From Chrysomallon squamiferum (taxonomy: Eukaryota > Animalia > Mollusca), in the NCBI GenBank assembly GCA_012295275.1, contig CM022671.1, forward strand, positions 25,110,001 to 25,174,000: a stretch of 64,000 bases of DNA. The letters run 5' to 3'. Position 1 is the stretch's first letter. Each line of letters starts with the position of its first letter. The notes beneath the pieces are model-generated. The model searched no databases. It was given only the letters and a program-made list of their open reading frames with translations, and was not told the DNA's origin. Shown one piece after another: positions 52,310 to 63,968 of this stretch. The translations under genes were made by a program, and so were the position numbers.

Positions 52310-55300
52310 TCAATCTTGTTCAGTTTTCTCAGTTTTTGGCACTGCATCACAGTCTGTCTCCTTATCAGCTGTATTGCTAGCTTTTGTATCACCGGAATCT
52401 TTCACAGATAGTTCTTCAAGTTTTTCAGAGATTTTATTTGCACCCTCTTCTTTTACCTCTGCATCTCCTCTTGAATCATCTTTAACATCATTTTTATCTT
52501 CAACTCCATCTGAACATTTAAAAAAATAATAATAATAAATTAAAAAAATAATAAATAATTTCGTTTTCTGTAATACTATACAATGCCATATAATTATTCA
52601 GTATTTTTTCTTTTGCACTTCTCAATCAAACTGATTAGCAATATTTACAGAAAAATATATTTTAAATTCAGAATGTTTTGGCTAAAGATGTCATTTAAAT
52701 TCAGATGTAAATTATGACTCTATAATGTAAAAAATGTTTTGAGGAAATTAATTTTGAAAGCGACATCTAACTTACTTTCATTTATTTTTGTGTTCTTCAA
52801 GACTTCCTCCATAATTAGTTTGCTTTCTTCAAACTTTTCTCTGAATTTCATAGCATCTGCAAACAATCAATATATTAACAATATAAAACATATTCTCAAA
52901 CGTAATTCAGCCACAGTATAAAAAAAATTTTTTATCAGCATCTTAATATTTAAAATAATTTAAAACATTTTTAAAAATACATGTCCAGGCTGCTTTAAAT
53001 TTTATTAAATATCTTTCAAAGTCGTTAAAAGAAAATTGAAAATTCTTACTTTCTGCATTAGCAAATCTGATGGCTAGCAACTCTGTTTTCTTTTCTTCAT
53101 CAGCAAAATCTGCCGTAGTTGTCCATACCCAAGCCTTGTCACTTCCACAGTTTGGCTTTAAATCCATAAATGGCATCACTATATAAATTCAAAAAAAATG
53201 TAAAATATAAATAAAATGTTGAGTTAAGTTGTAATTGGATCAGTATCACATTAATAGGTATTTCAACATCTAAAAACAGTTTTAATGAGAAAGAAAGCCT
53301 ATTCAATGTCAGAGAAAGTGACAATCATCAAATGAGTCAGACCGCCCGTCAAAATTCTCATCATACATGAAATAAAGAATACAAATGTCAGTTGAATTCA
53401 GTTTAACACTGAGAAAATAAATAATGTATGGGTAGGAATTAAATTTTCTTCAGAAATTATTTATTTATTAAAATAACATCTTCCGAGACTGAATGTTAAT
53501 ATCCATCTCTATATTAAAATTTTGAATCTTCAATTTACTGCTTATTTAATTACGATACAGATTCTGTTAGGAACAAATTAAATAGAAATATCTGCTGTAA
53601 CATTTTAGTGAAAGCAAACCTAACAAGCTGTTTCCTACTTTTTACAAATTTTCTGAGGAACATTTTCGGATCAAAAATATACAGTTTAATGTTAAATTAT
53701 AATACTTTTATTATTATTATATAACTTATTATTATTCAAATTTTTGAATTCATTAGTTAATGTTTTCTAATGTTTTTTTCAGTTTAGCAATTTATTTCTA
53801 ATATGTTTATCCAATAATTTCAATAAAATTAATAAGACCCTGAGAACAAAAACTGATAATTTTGTAAAATGTTTGTCAGAGGCAGTGACAGTCATCAAAC
53901 GTCAGACCGCCCGTCACATGATCTCATCACACAGAATATTTACAAACTTTGATGCTGATTACTTTAATAATATAAGCATCATTCAGTCTTAGTAATATAG
54001 ATAATTTCTTTCTAACAAAAGTCTATTTTAGGATCCTAATTACACATGATCTATTTGGTTTTTACTTTAGAACAATATTTAATAATAATAATAATAAATA
54101 AATAACAAAACAGATAACCAACCCAATTAATTCAAAAAAACAAAAAAAATAATAATAATAAAATGAATATTACACTTCTATTTTAGAACTGAATGATTGA
54201 CAAAATCAGAGCATGCTGATATGAACCACTCCTGTGAAAATCACACTCTCTGACAAAGGCAGGGGACATGTCTGACAGAATTTTATTTTAGAACTGCTAA
54301 TTAAATTATTTATAAAAAAAAAAAATAATTTTAAATTCTATGAAATATTTGTCAGAGGCAGTGACAGTCATCAGATTGTCAGACCGCCCGTCACATGATC
54401 TCATCACACAGATAATTTTGAAACGTTTATCACTTCATATGTCTTACATCTACAACTATTACACTTCAGAGTTAAGAAAATGGATAAATATAAACTGAAG
54501 GTAATGAAATGAAACTGATGTTAAATAGATGTTTCTATTGGAGTATTTTATTTGCTATTTTATTTTTAGCAACACTAACTATGAATATTTTAGTGTTTTT
54601 GTAGCAAAATGAAAGCACAACTATTTTTTTTACATTAACTGAATGGAAATTCAAGGTTTAAACCATGTTACCTCCAATGTCAAGATCAATTATTTTAGTT
54701 CTGTTCAATGCTATTCATTATGTTGTTGGTAAACTTCGAAATAAATCAGTTTCTAGGTCAGACACAAAAAGTTGATTTTATTTCTGCTTGTAATATTCAT
54801 CAATTTTAGCAGACTGTCCATCACATGATCTCATCATGCAGTTTTACAATTTTCTACAATGTCTCCTGTTTGTGTTATTTTCAGGAGAAAATAATTTGAA
54901 GAACTTAATTCCAAATAATTCAAAGATGTACACAATATTTCATGTTCTATGAATTACATGATACTAATTTTGTTTGTATTGAAAATAATACCAATTCTAT
55001 GAATTGGTGAACTTCAGTTTGAGCATTTAAATTTAATACAGTAATAGAGTATCTAAAATTTACTCCTAAAATGTGTTCTTTAATCTGCCAGTAATACATT
55101 TTAAAAATACATCTCTGTTCACAGCAAAGAACTGACATCTTTAAACTGATTATAATGAAAGTTAACTAAACAGAAATCTGATTATTTACAAAGGATATTA
55201 AGTTGTGTTTTTGAACTAATTTAAAAAATTAATAATACGTCTTTAAATAGAGAGATAAATTCTGTCTTTGGGATTATAAAAAAATTCTGGTAATGCTATC

Positions 55301-55529
55301 CAGAAATTGACTTCAGAAGTCATCAATACAATAAATGTTTATGCTGCTATTTCATTAGAATTTTAATCTAAAAGAATGAAGAGACGGCACATCAGAGAAT
55401 GTGACATTCATCAGTAACATCAGACCGCCCGTCACAAACATTTTCATCCTCTGTACCAATTCCAATAAAGGATTATTTTCATCAAAAGTAATTTAATAAC
55501 AAGTCATTTAAATAATAATCCTTACTATC

Positions 55530-55574
<45 letters not shown>

Positions 55575-57534
55575 ATGCTTATTTTTCATTTAACAGCAAC
55601 AATTTCCAAAATAAATCACATACAAAAAGTAAGGACAGAGTAGTTAAAAACCCAAGAGACATTCTGGGAACTCAAGATCTGGCAAACAATTATGCAACAA
55701 TTATTAAGCCAGACCACCAAGAAATATTAATTCAAGTTATAGAACAACGAAAATAATACCATAGTGATTAGCACAGAGCTTCAGTGTTTTATCCCTCCTC
55801 ATTACGATTCTTATCATTCGTGTAACTTTGTGTTTCATCAGCTTTACATCTCCAGTGCCTCGTTCTTTCCATTCAGCCGGCTCAGAGTCTTTATCAAATC
55901 TAAACAGCTTGGCTCGCCTGTTAAAATAAAACCAGTTAGAACACATCCCCAGAGATAAACTGAAGATAAAATGTACGTTTAAAAAAAAACCTGTGAAAAC
56001 TTTGCTCGTTATCTTTATCTTAAATTATAATAAATTTCATCTTCATTTTATTGGTTACTTCAAAGTCGAGTTAATTTTCATTGAGGATTTATTTATTTAT
56101 GAACATAAGTAGTTCATCAAGAGGAATCAGGTCTGCTGCATTTGTCAGTTAAGTGTTATGTACATAAAATGTTGCATTTTGGGGTAGCAGCTTTTATTTG
56201 AATATCACAAAAACTGTAACTGTGTAACTCATTTTGGTGATTGAAAATTTTTCAGAAGTAAAAATGCAGTAAATGTTAACTTCAGAATGTCTCACAGTTT
56301 CAGTATTTCTTCTTCGTCTTCTTCCATATTTTTTAATTCAACCTGAGGTAAATTCACAACTGGTTCAAAATGAATATCTGGTGATTCAGGAACTTCTTCC
56401 TGAAAAATATTTTAGAACACTTACAAAAGAAAAATTGAAGAACATAAAATATAAAGTATTACATTTGCTTTAAACCAAGAGAGAACAAAAAAAATTTAAA
56501 ATATAAAAATTTGGAGTATTGAGCAAAACATGGGATACTTGTAGTTAATGGTTTGCAGATTAGCAACAATATTTCCTCCCAGTATGAAGGTTCTCACATG
56601 TCTAAGCCATTTGAGGACGTATTAAAACAAAACAAAAAACAAAATGTCCAAATGTCCATGAAATAAACTGACATTTCTGTTATATTAATATACAAAGTTT
56701 ATAAAATTACTGTAGCTCAAAGTATCTAAAACTAAAAAAGTAAGTATGATTCCAATGGATTTCAAACCATATGAATAGACTAGAGGCAAATTTCATTTAG
56801 TAATCTTGCAGTTTAGATCTGCACCTTTTTATCAAGGGTTTTAGTTTCACAAAATGTTTTGCTATAAAAATAGTATAATTTATTGACTGTTGTGTTTATG
56901 AAGATATATAACCACCCTATGCTTTTTCAAATCAATCAGTATGAGTATTTTCTTTTCATTTGTAACAGTTGTGTGTTTATGTGCATTTAACGGGTTAAAA
57001 TTAAATTTAAACTTCTTTGAAATATTTGATTATTTCTGTTCGTCTTTTTAGTTTCCAGTGCATCAGATTGATATTTCTTCAGTATTTTAATAATGCTATT
57101 AGTATTACCATAAGGATTTTTAAAACCAATGAATATTTCTGATAAACAGTCTTGAACGAAAATGGCATCTACTTATCAGATGAATCACATTCAAACACTG
57201 AATCCGTGTTGGTCGGTCAGTTTTAATACGGCAGATCTGAACTACCATGTGAAAAAATCTTAGCAAAACATTCAATAAAATCACTGCTGAAAAGCATAGA
57301 TCTAAATTTTAAGACTATCAATAATTCAGTACAAAACATAAATAATTAGTATTGTTCTACCAAAATGATCTTGTATATTTGTATAACGGTTTTCTCGGCC
57401 TGAGCCTCCAACTTGTTCAGTTAATAAACGAACATTTTGCGTCAATCATACACATTCATTTTTCATTACTTCTATATTTTAAGAAAAACAAATCATTCCA
57501 ATAAGAAAAAGACAATAACCTTGTCATCTGCCAT
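52310..57534 (-). CDS. RANBP1: Ran-specific GTPase-activating protein / Ran-binding protein 1, 228 aa
   Basis: Exons 57520-57534, 56296-56399, 55760-55917, 53050-53178, 52776-52856 and 52310-52509 (687 nt). Single RanBD with [50 protein letters not shown] and [13 protein letters not shown]-terminal NES-like [10 protein letters not shown]. Confidence 0.96.
53305..53369 (-). ncRNA. SNORD43: Box C/D snoRNA, U43/SNORD43 (snR70)-like, copy 1
   Basis: Minus strand ATGATGA(C)-GAATTTTGACGGGCGGT-CTGA(D')-CTCATT-TGATGA(C')-TTGTCACTTTCT-CTGA(D). The guide GACGGGCGGT is complementary to the universal SSU rRNA sequence ACCGCCCGUC. Same strand as host RANBP1, in intron 3. Confidence 0.88.
53871..53935 (-). 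ncRNA. SNORD43: Box C/D snoRNA, U43/SNORD43-like, copy 2
   Basis: Minus strand GTGATGA-GATCATGTGACGGGCGGT-CTGA-CGTT-TGATGA-CTGTCACTGCCT-CTGA. All four boxes are canonical. Confidence 0.88.
54346..54414 (-). ncRNA. SNORD43: Box C/D snoRNA, U43/SNORD43-like, copy 3
   Basis: Minus strand GTGATGA-GATCATGTGACGGGCGGT-CTGA-CAATC-TGATGA-CTGTCACTGCCT-CTGA with a short terminal stem. Nearly identical to copy 2. Confidence 0.88.
54790..54840 (-). pseudogene. Decayed U43-like snoRNA copy
   Basis: Retains box C, the GATCATGTGA spacer and C'. The guide has mutated to GATGGACAGT, D' to CTGC, and no box D is present. Confidence 0.7.
55386..55457 (-). ncRNA. SNORD43: Box C/D snoRNA, U43/SNORD43-like, copy 4
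   Basis: Minus strand AGGATGA (variant C)-AAATGTTTGTGACGGGCGGT-CTGA-TGTTAC-TGATGA-ATGTCACATTCT-CTGA, with terminal stem GGTACA/TGTGCC. Confidence 0.8.
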
Positions 57535-58114
57535 ACTGATCAGAAGGATTCCTACAGATTAATTATCAATAAACTAAAACAAAAATCCCTGTCTTCCCGC
57601 TTTGAAGCACCAATTTCGATTTTCTGTTCCGCTAAAACCAATGTATAACCAAACATCTGTCGATTTCGGATCCGTCGAAACTGCGGACTATGAAGCACTC
57701 GTGTATCTTCAGCAAGTGATTGCATCGAAAAAATTACCTTACAGCTTGTTCCATTTTACCAAAAATAATCACCGAAGGTTTATTATACTATCGCTAATGA
57801 TATGTACACTTACCCCCAAAATTAATATTACTATTCAGTGTTGTTCAACAGCATTATGAAGAGTAGGGCCTACATTATATTATAATATTAGATGGTCCAT
57901 ATCGATTATTAATCACACAATTATTTAGAGATTTCGCCTTTTGATTAGTTATATGTTAACTAATATATTCATTTAAGTGCACTCATTTTTATTAGCGTCT
58001 TAAAAACTGTATATGTATATGAAAATTAGTTCTTTTAAAACGTAAAGAAAACAAACGAAGAAACGAGCAGGTGTGCTCCTTTGGTCGTGGAAATTAAGCT
58101 AAAGAATGCAAAAC
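57535..58114. promoter_or_regulatory. Bidirectional promoter between RANBP1 and TRMT2A
   Basis: About 580 bp between the RANBP1 ATG and the ATG in TRMT2A exon 1, CpG-enriched relative to the gene bodies. E2F-like TTCCCGC (57594-57600) abuts a CHR-like TTTGAA (57601-57606). Confidence 0.75.
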
Positions 58115-58682
58115 ATGGCAGCGTCCAGCGTGTAATAAGTTAATACTAAAGTGATTTCCAGGAGACTACATCATGTAAGTATTATTGCTATTTTAGATCA
58201 GCCAACATTTTTTTTTAAAATCACTTCATGCATAAAACTTATTTTTTTAATTTAAATTTCGGTATTTTTATATGATTATGATTATTAATATTATGATTAT
58301 CATTTTGATTTTTTAAATGAAATACAATAGAAATTATAGACGAATCGTATTAGTTTATTAAATTATTACATAATTACTTAATGTACTCAGCCAAAATGCT
58401 AGTGAAAAAAAAGATATTGTCAACTACATGTGTAGCTTAACATTTAAAAAACAACAACAAACAAACAAACATTGAAACAATAAAATTAATGTTTAAATCT
58501 TTAATTTTACATTTAATTCTCTGTTTTTCTTAATATTAAATATAGAAAATTATAATAACTATTAGTTGTTGTTGTTGAAAAACAAAAGAAATAAAATAAT
58601 TTGATGCCAATGGTTTTATATGTACGTATTTAATTATCATTTTCAAAATTTAAGATTGACTGTTGTCCATACAACTGGAGGA

Positions 58683-61600
58683 ATGGAAGTAGATAAAAGT
58701 TGCAACAATGCATCAGCAAATGACTCCACGGAACATAAAGAAGATGACAAAACAGAGGAGAATAATGTAACAGATCCATTTCAATATCTGGATCGAGGAG
58801 AATTTACATCAGAAAAATATAAAATTGAGATTTCAAATCTACCTAAACAATGCCGAAAACACTGTTATGCAGTAAGAAGCTTTTGCTTCTTTCTTTTTTT
58901 CTTTCTCTCTTCATACACACACTGGCACACGCATACAAATTTGCACACATAAGCACGAACATATCCTGGTAAAAATCATAAATACAAAACACAATTTTTA
59001 TCTTATGAAAGAAAAAGATTAAACATGAAAAGTTACTGAACTGAAGTAAATACTACTACCTAGTTGAACAATGAAGTTCCCAGATGACATAATCATGTAT
59101 TAATTTTCTGTGTTTCAGGAGTTGAAGAAAAGGCTGACAAAAACTCTGCATTTGAATCCTCACAAGATAAAGCCAATGGAGAGAATGCCATTTGCTTTCG
59201 TCACATTCAGGTGGGTTTTTCAAGAAAGGAAGTAAAGTGCATTTAGAACCATAATTTATCAGGTATGATTTTCATATGCACTTAACCCAAAAATTAAAAT
59301 AAAGTGATAAAACTTGGTAATGTGTTAGTTGCATATGCCCTGTCACTTTGGATAATGAAAAGAACACAATTTGTCATATCACACGCCACTATGTGTACTG
59401 CACCTGCAAATGCAGATATACTGAAATCACATTTTGGTGCACTGATCCAACATTATCCAAAAACAAAAGGAAGAATTTATCCTGGGTAACAGTCCAGGCT
59501 TAACAGAAAAATAAACATCACGAAGCAATGGGACAGCTTAAAGCCAACCAACAGATATACAACATCACTCAGTACTTTCGTGTTCATGACAGTACGATAT
59601 CAAGACTCCGAAAACCCATAAACCAAACTGGGCAAAATAGGTATTTAGTGATGTCATATCGACATCACAGGATCAAAAGTGCTTTATGTTTAGCCCCTGC
59701 TTTGCAGCAAACCACAGTACTACAATTCATGCTGAAACTGTCCATAACCATCTCCATGCAGCTGGATTACAACCAAGTCGTCCTGTTGTAGCTGTTCCCC
59801 TGACAGCGCGTCACATTGAGGAACATCTGAGATGGGCCAGAATACACCAACACTTTATCAGGCTTTATTCACAGACAAATTCAGGTTTTGTGTTCAGTTT
59901 ACGGATGGTAGGTGTCACATGTGGAATCGATGGAGAGGATGATATGATGCACACAAAGTCATTCAGCATGACCCATATTGCTGTGGCAGCGTCATGGTGG
60001 ACGTAAAACAGATCTCGTTTTTATTCACAGAAACATGACCGCTCAACGTTACTGCAACGAGATCATAACACCAGTGGCCATTCCATTCCTGCAGCAGCCT
60101 GGTTTTCCGTTTCAACATGGCAATGCTAGACAACATACCACTAGGCTAACTACTAATCTTCTTGAGCGGGACCACATCCAAGTGTTGAACTGGCCACCAA
60201 AGTCCCCTGACTTGACCATATTTGAGAAGGGCATTTGAAAACCATCCCCATAATCTTAATATCCATGACGTGCAAAATAACACTGAACTGGGAATAGAAC
60301 ACAATTACTGTTCCTGAGATTAATACTCTCATTAGAATCATGAGACAACAATGTACTGCTGTCATCAGTGCTGTCAACACTCATTGTTGAGCCTCTCTCA
60401 CCATTTTGGTAGATGTACCCCTCCATGTTTCATCAGCTGACATTACAGAAACAACATTGACATCATGATAAAGTGTTACTGCTGGCTACATTCAGAAATG
60501 AAATAATGTGTACAAATAAATTCAACATCCAATCAGGTTGTATTTCATATCTCATACGTAACTGCTAAACTTGTTTGGCACAATATATATATATATATAT
60601 ATACTAAAAATAAAAACAAGAAAGGGTGCACACTTACATGTAGTTATATTTTATTCAATTAATTCTTGATGTTTTCAGATAGAAATAATAATAATTATTA
60701 TTACATGTTGCTAGATGTGAAGAAGACAGAGAAGATGCACTGAAGAAAATTAATGGTCACAAGTGGAAAGAATCTGTTCTTGAAGCAAAGGTTTAGTAAA
60801 TATTATCTTTTCAGTCATATATCCTGCATACTGATTATGTGACAGTGGATACAGGGCTATTCTTATTGATAAAAATTATTTTTTTTGGTGTTATATATAT
60901 ATCACACACACACACACACACACAATAAACATACTATATATTTATTATGTATATTGTGTGTGTGTGTGTCCCTTAGTCAGGAGATAATTTGACTTGGCCT
61001 TAATAAATAAGTCTTATGGCTCAGAAAACCAAAAGGATTCAAAGTCAACCTACCTGAAATAAGTGTATCAAATCCCAAGACTGAGCACAGTATTAAACTG
61101 TTCAATTAGTATTTTTTAAATTTTGGTAAGTTAATAATTCTGTTGTTTTTACTCAAATACAAGTTTTAGGAAAATTAGCATAGAAGAATTTATTTCGACA
61201 TGATTTGATTAATTAATAACATAAAATTTTCAATAATAATTATTGTTTGTTACCAACTTTTCTATTTATTTGTTGTTGTTTTTTTTTCCCAGAAAGCCCA
61301 ACCATTGGCAGATCCTTTGCTTAAAAAGAGAAAACAGAAAGGTTTATATTTATTTTTCAATTTTGATTATTTACATTTACATAATATTAAACACAATATA
61401 TTTTTTATAAAATGAAAGACAAGTAATAGGCTTTGTTTCATTTAATTTTATTAAATATATGTTTTTTCTTTAATTATCCAGATTTATTTTTTAACATTAA
61501 ACAAGTTATTATTTAATAATACATATTTATCCAACATATTAACTGAAAACTGTTTACAAGTGATTTAAAACATTTGAATGAAATATTTATTTATCTGGCA

Positions 61601-62426
61601 TCATCAATAAGTAGTAATATTCATATTTAAGCTGATAGTGTTAAATTAGTCCTAACCGGTCTGTTGGTATCTATGTTAAATTGTTATGGATTGTTTTCTT
61701 ATGCTGTGCTAAAGAGGAAGGATCAGAACAAAATAACAAGAAGAAGAAATTGGAGGAAATAGAAGACAACACACCACCTGACATCAGGTTTGTAATATAT
61801 GACCATTCTTTACTATATGTTTCATATTCATCTGTGTGCAAGAACAGTGTGCTCCAATAAAAACTGAACTGGGTAAAAGATGTATAGTTTTCAAAAACAA
61901 ATAATTTTGTCCTCGTTTTGTCATAAAATATAATTTTAACCAAAATAAATTTACATCTAATTGTGGAAAAGATCTTTCAAAAATATTTAAAAATAAAAAA
62001 GATATGAATTTTTCAGACTTCTCATTGACAACTTTTTTTCACAGGCTGTACGTTCTATTTATTTTCGTGTACATGTAAAATAAAGTATGTGTGTTTGTGT
62101 TTGTTTTATATGGTTTTTATTCCTTAACAAGAAATGAATAATGAAACCAATATTTTCCTAACAACACCTTAGTATTTTTATTCTGTATGTATTGTTTGTT
62201 TATTAAGTGTCAAAAATGATTTTTTTTTTTTTTTTTTTTTTTGTTGTAATTATGATGTGAGAGAAAACCTGTTGCAGTTGTTCAATGCACTATTTTTAAT
62301 CATTAACAGCAAGATATAGTTTATATGTGTGAACCTTCTCATAGACAGGTAAAATGGAACCTTTGATAAACTAATGGGGATAAATCGTAGGAACCAGTGA
62401 AACAGTCTGCTTTTTCTGCTAGTAAA

Positions 62427-62471
<45 letters not shown>

Positions 62472-63648
62472 TAGACTGAAAAACAGTGTTACACCATTAT
62501 GGAATGTACCATATGAGGAACAACTAAAGGTGATTTTTGTTTTATTTATTTATTTATTGATTTTTTTTCCACTCTGTTATGAATCTTTTCTGTGTCTTAA
62601 TATAACACTGTTCCTCAACCATTAATCTTTGTACATTTTGAATTAAATGTTTACAAAAATGTAATGAATTATAACTTGGTTTATTTTTGTAAATTCATTT
62701 TTCTTCATCAATGAATTCAGAGTATTATCAGCAAAATTTTCGGGATTATTGTTCACACTCGTTTTTATTTTACATTTCAAAATTAGACATAATGTTTTAA
62801 GTATACATTGACCATCCTTTATAAATCATTGCTTTTTTATTAATAAAGGTTTGTAGACAAAAACTAATAAAATATTCATTTGCAAGCATAAAAATGCTAT
62901 TATGACTATTTCTTTGTCCACTATAAAGACATTTGATTAAGCAAATATAGAATATAACACATTGGTTTTTCTTTTTTCTTTTTTTATAGAAAAAGACTGA
63001 AGAGGCCATTCGACTGTTAAAATTTCTTGTACATAAACAAGAAACAAAAGAGTTTTTCATAGATCAGAGGTTTGTTATTATTTTATTTTACTTTGTTAAA
63101 TTTCATATATGTATGTATTTGTTATTAGGCAATAACTTGACATTTTCTTCTTCCTTATTTCAGAAAACAATTTAATGGCATGTGTTGTGAACTGCTGCCT
63201 GTAGTACCCTCAGTAAGTGTGCTCTTATAATTTTACATGCTTTATAAATTTAATTATCTTGTTAAAAATGACTTTCTCAGTTCTTCTTGTAATTTGAAAT
63301 ATATTCTGAATTGTTTCAACAGATACAAAGAATATAAGACCTTCGTCATTCATTTAGTGTCACCTGACACGTTTTCAGTCTAATAAAGCCTGAACATTGA
63401 GTCATAATTACAGTGAATCTTAGATTCTGGATTCATCTTGGAATGTAACGTCATTTTACTGAGGTAGGTGAATAGCAAAAATACAAACTATGATAGATGG
63501 AAATACCATTATACCTTAGTATATTATGACCACCAAAATAGGCACTTTAATTAAATTTTATTTATTTTGCTACTTTGACAACAGCCTATTCTTAAAGGGT
63601 ACAGGAACAAGTCAGAATTTTCAATTGGAATGGGTTTGGATGGAAAAG
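58683..63648 (+). CDS. TRMT2A: tRNA (uracil-5-)-methyltransferase homolog A, 5' part; continues beyond the window
   Basis: Exons 58683-58871, 59119-59210, 60715-60790, 61293-61341, 61715-61787, 62475-62529, 62990-63069, 63164-63212 and 63585-63648, all in frame. Motifs FTSEKYKIEISNLP (RRM), LNPHKIK, FAFVTFRCEEDREDALKKING, ADPL, VTPLWNVPYEEQLK and GYRNKSEFSIG. An upstream exon lies at about 58070-58174. Confidence 0.93.
59330..60586 (+). mobile_element. Degenerate Tc1/mariner transposon with a frameshifted transposase, in a TRMT2A intron
   Basis: Fragments in several frames: HTH (ITQYFRVHDSTISRLR), ETVHNHLHAAGL...PLTARHIEEHLRWAR, LFTDKFRF (D1 region), FQHGNARQH (D2 lost) and VLNWPPKSPDLTIFE. 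The right end abuts a (TA)n run. I could not find the left TIR. Confidence 0.9.
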
Positions 63649-63934
63649 GTGAGAATAAGATTTATGTTTGTTTGAGTATTTTCAAACTACACAAAACTGA
63701 AAAGTGTAGTAATAATGAAATTTTAAAGTTTATTTGTTGTTAATTACAAAAATCTTATAAGGAAATCAATGCCTCTATAACTGGGTAATATATATTTTTT
63801 CAATCAAACCAGTTTGCTTCGTTCCTCTTTTTTTATCTACAAAATCGTATAGTATATGTGATATAACAGATGCAAGGTGTACTTTATTGTAAAAATTTAT
63901 TTTACAATATGTTTGAATTTTGTTTTTCATTTTT

Positions 63935-63968
<34 letters not shown>

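Noticed and set aside
53305-55457. Repeated ACCGCCCGTCAC as a bacterial or mitochondrial rRNA fragment, or a CRISPR-like array
   Set aside because: The match is only 10-13 nt and sits within C/D boxes. Spacing is irregular (about 470-600 bp) and no cas genes are present. A snoRNA guide explains it.
56110-56160. TTCATCA...TCAG in RANBP1 intron 2 as another C/D snoRNA
   Set aside because: Only a C'/D'-like pair is present, with no outer boxes C and D and no recognisable rRNA guide.
59528-60238. Tc1 ORFs as an active or domesticated transposase
   Set aside because: Multiple frameshifts and stops, internal deletions, and the second catalytic Asp is lost (QHGNA instead of QDNA).
60970-61093. GCTCAG...CTGAGC-ACA hairpin in a TRMT2A intron as an H/ACA snoRNA
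   Set aside because: The pocket-to-ACA distance is about 11 nt rather than 14-16, the first hairpin is weak, and the H-box match is expected by chance in AT-rich DNA. A snoGPS or Infernal run would settle it.
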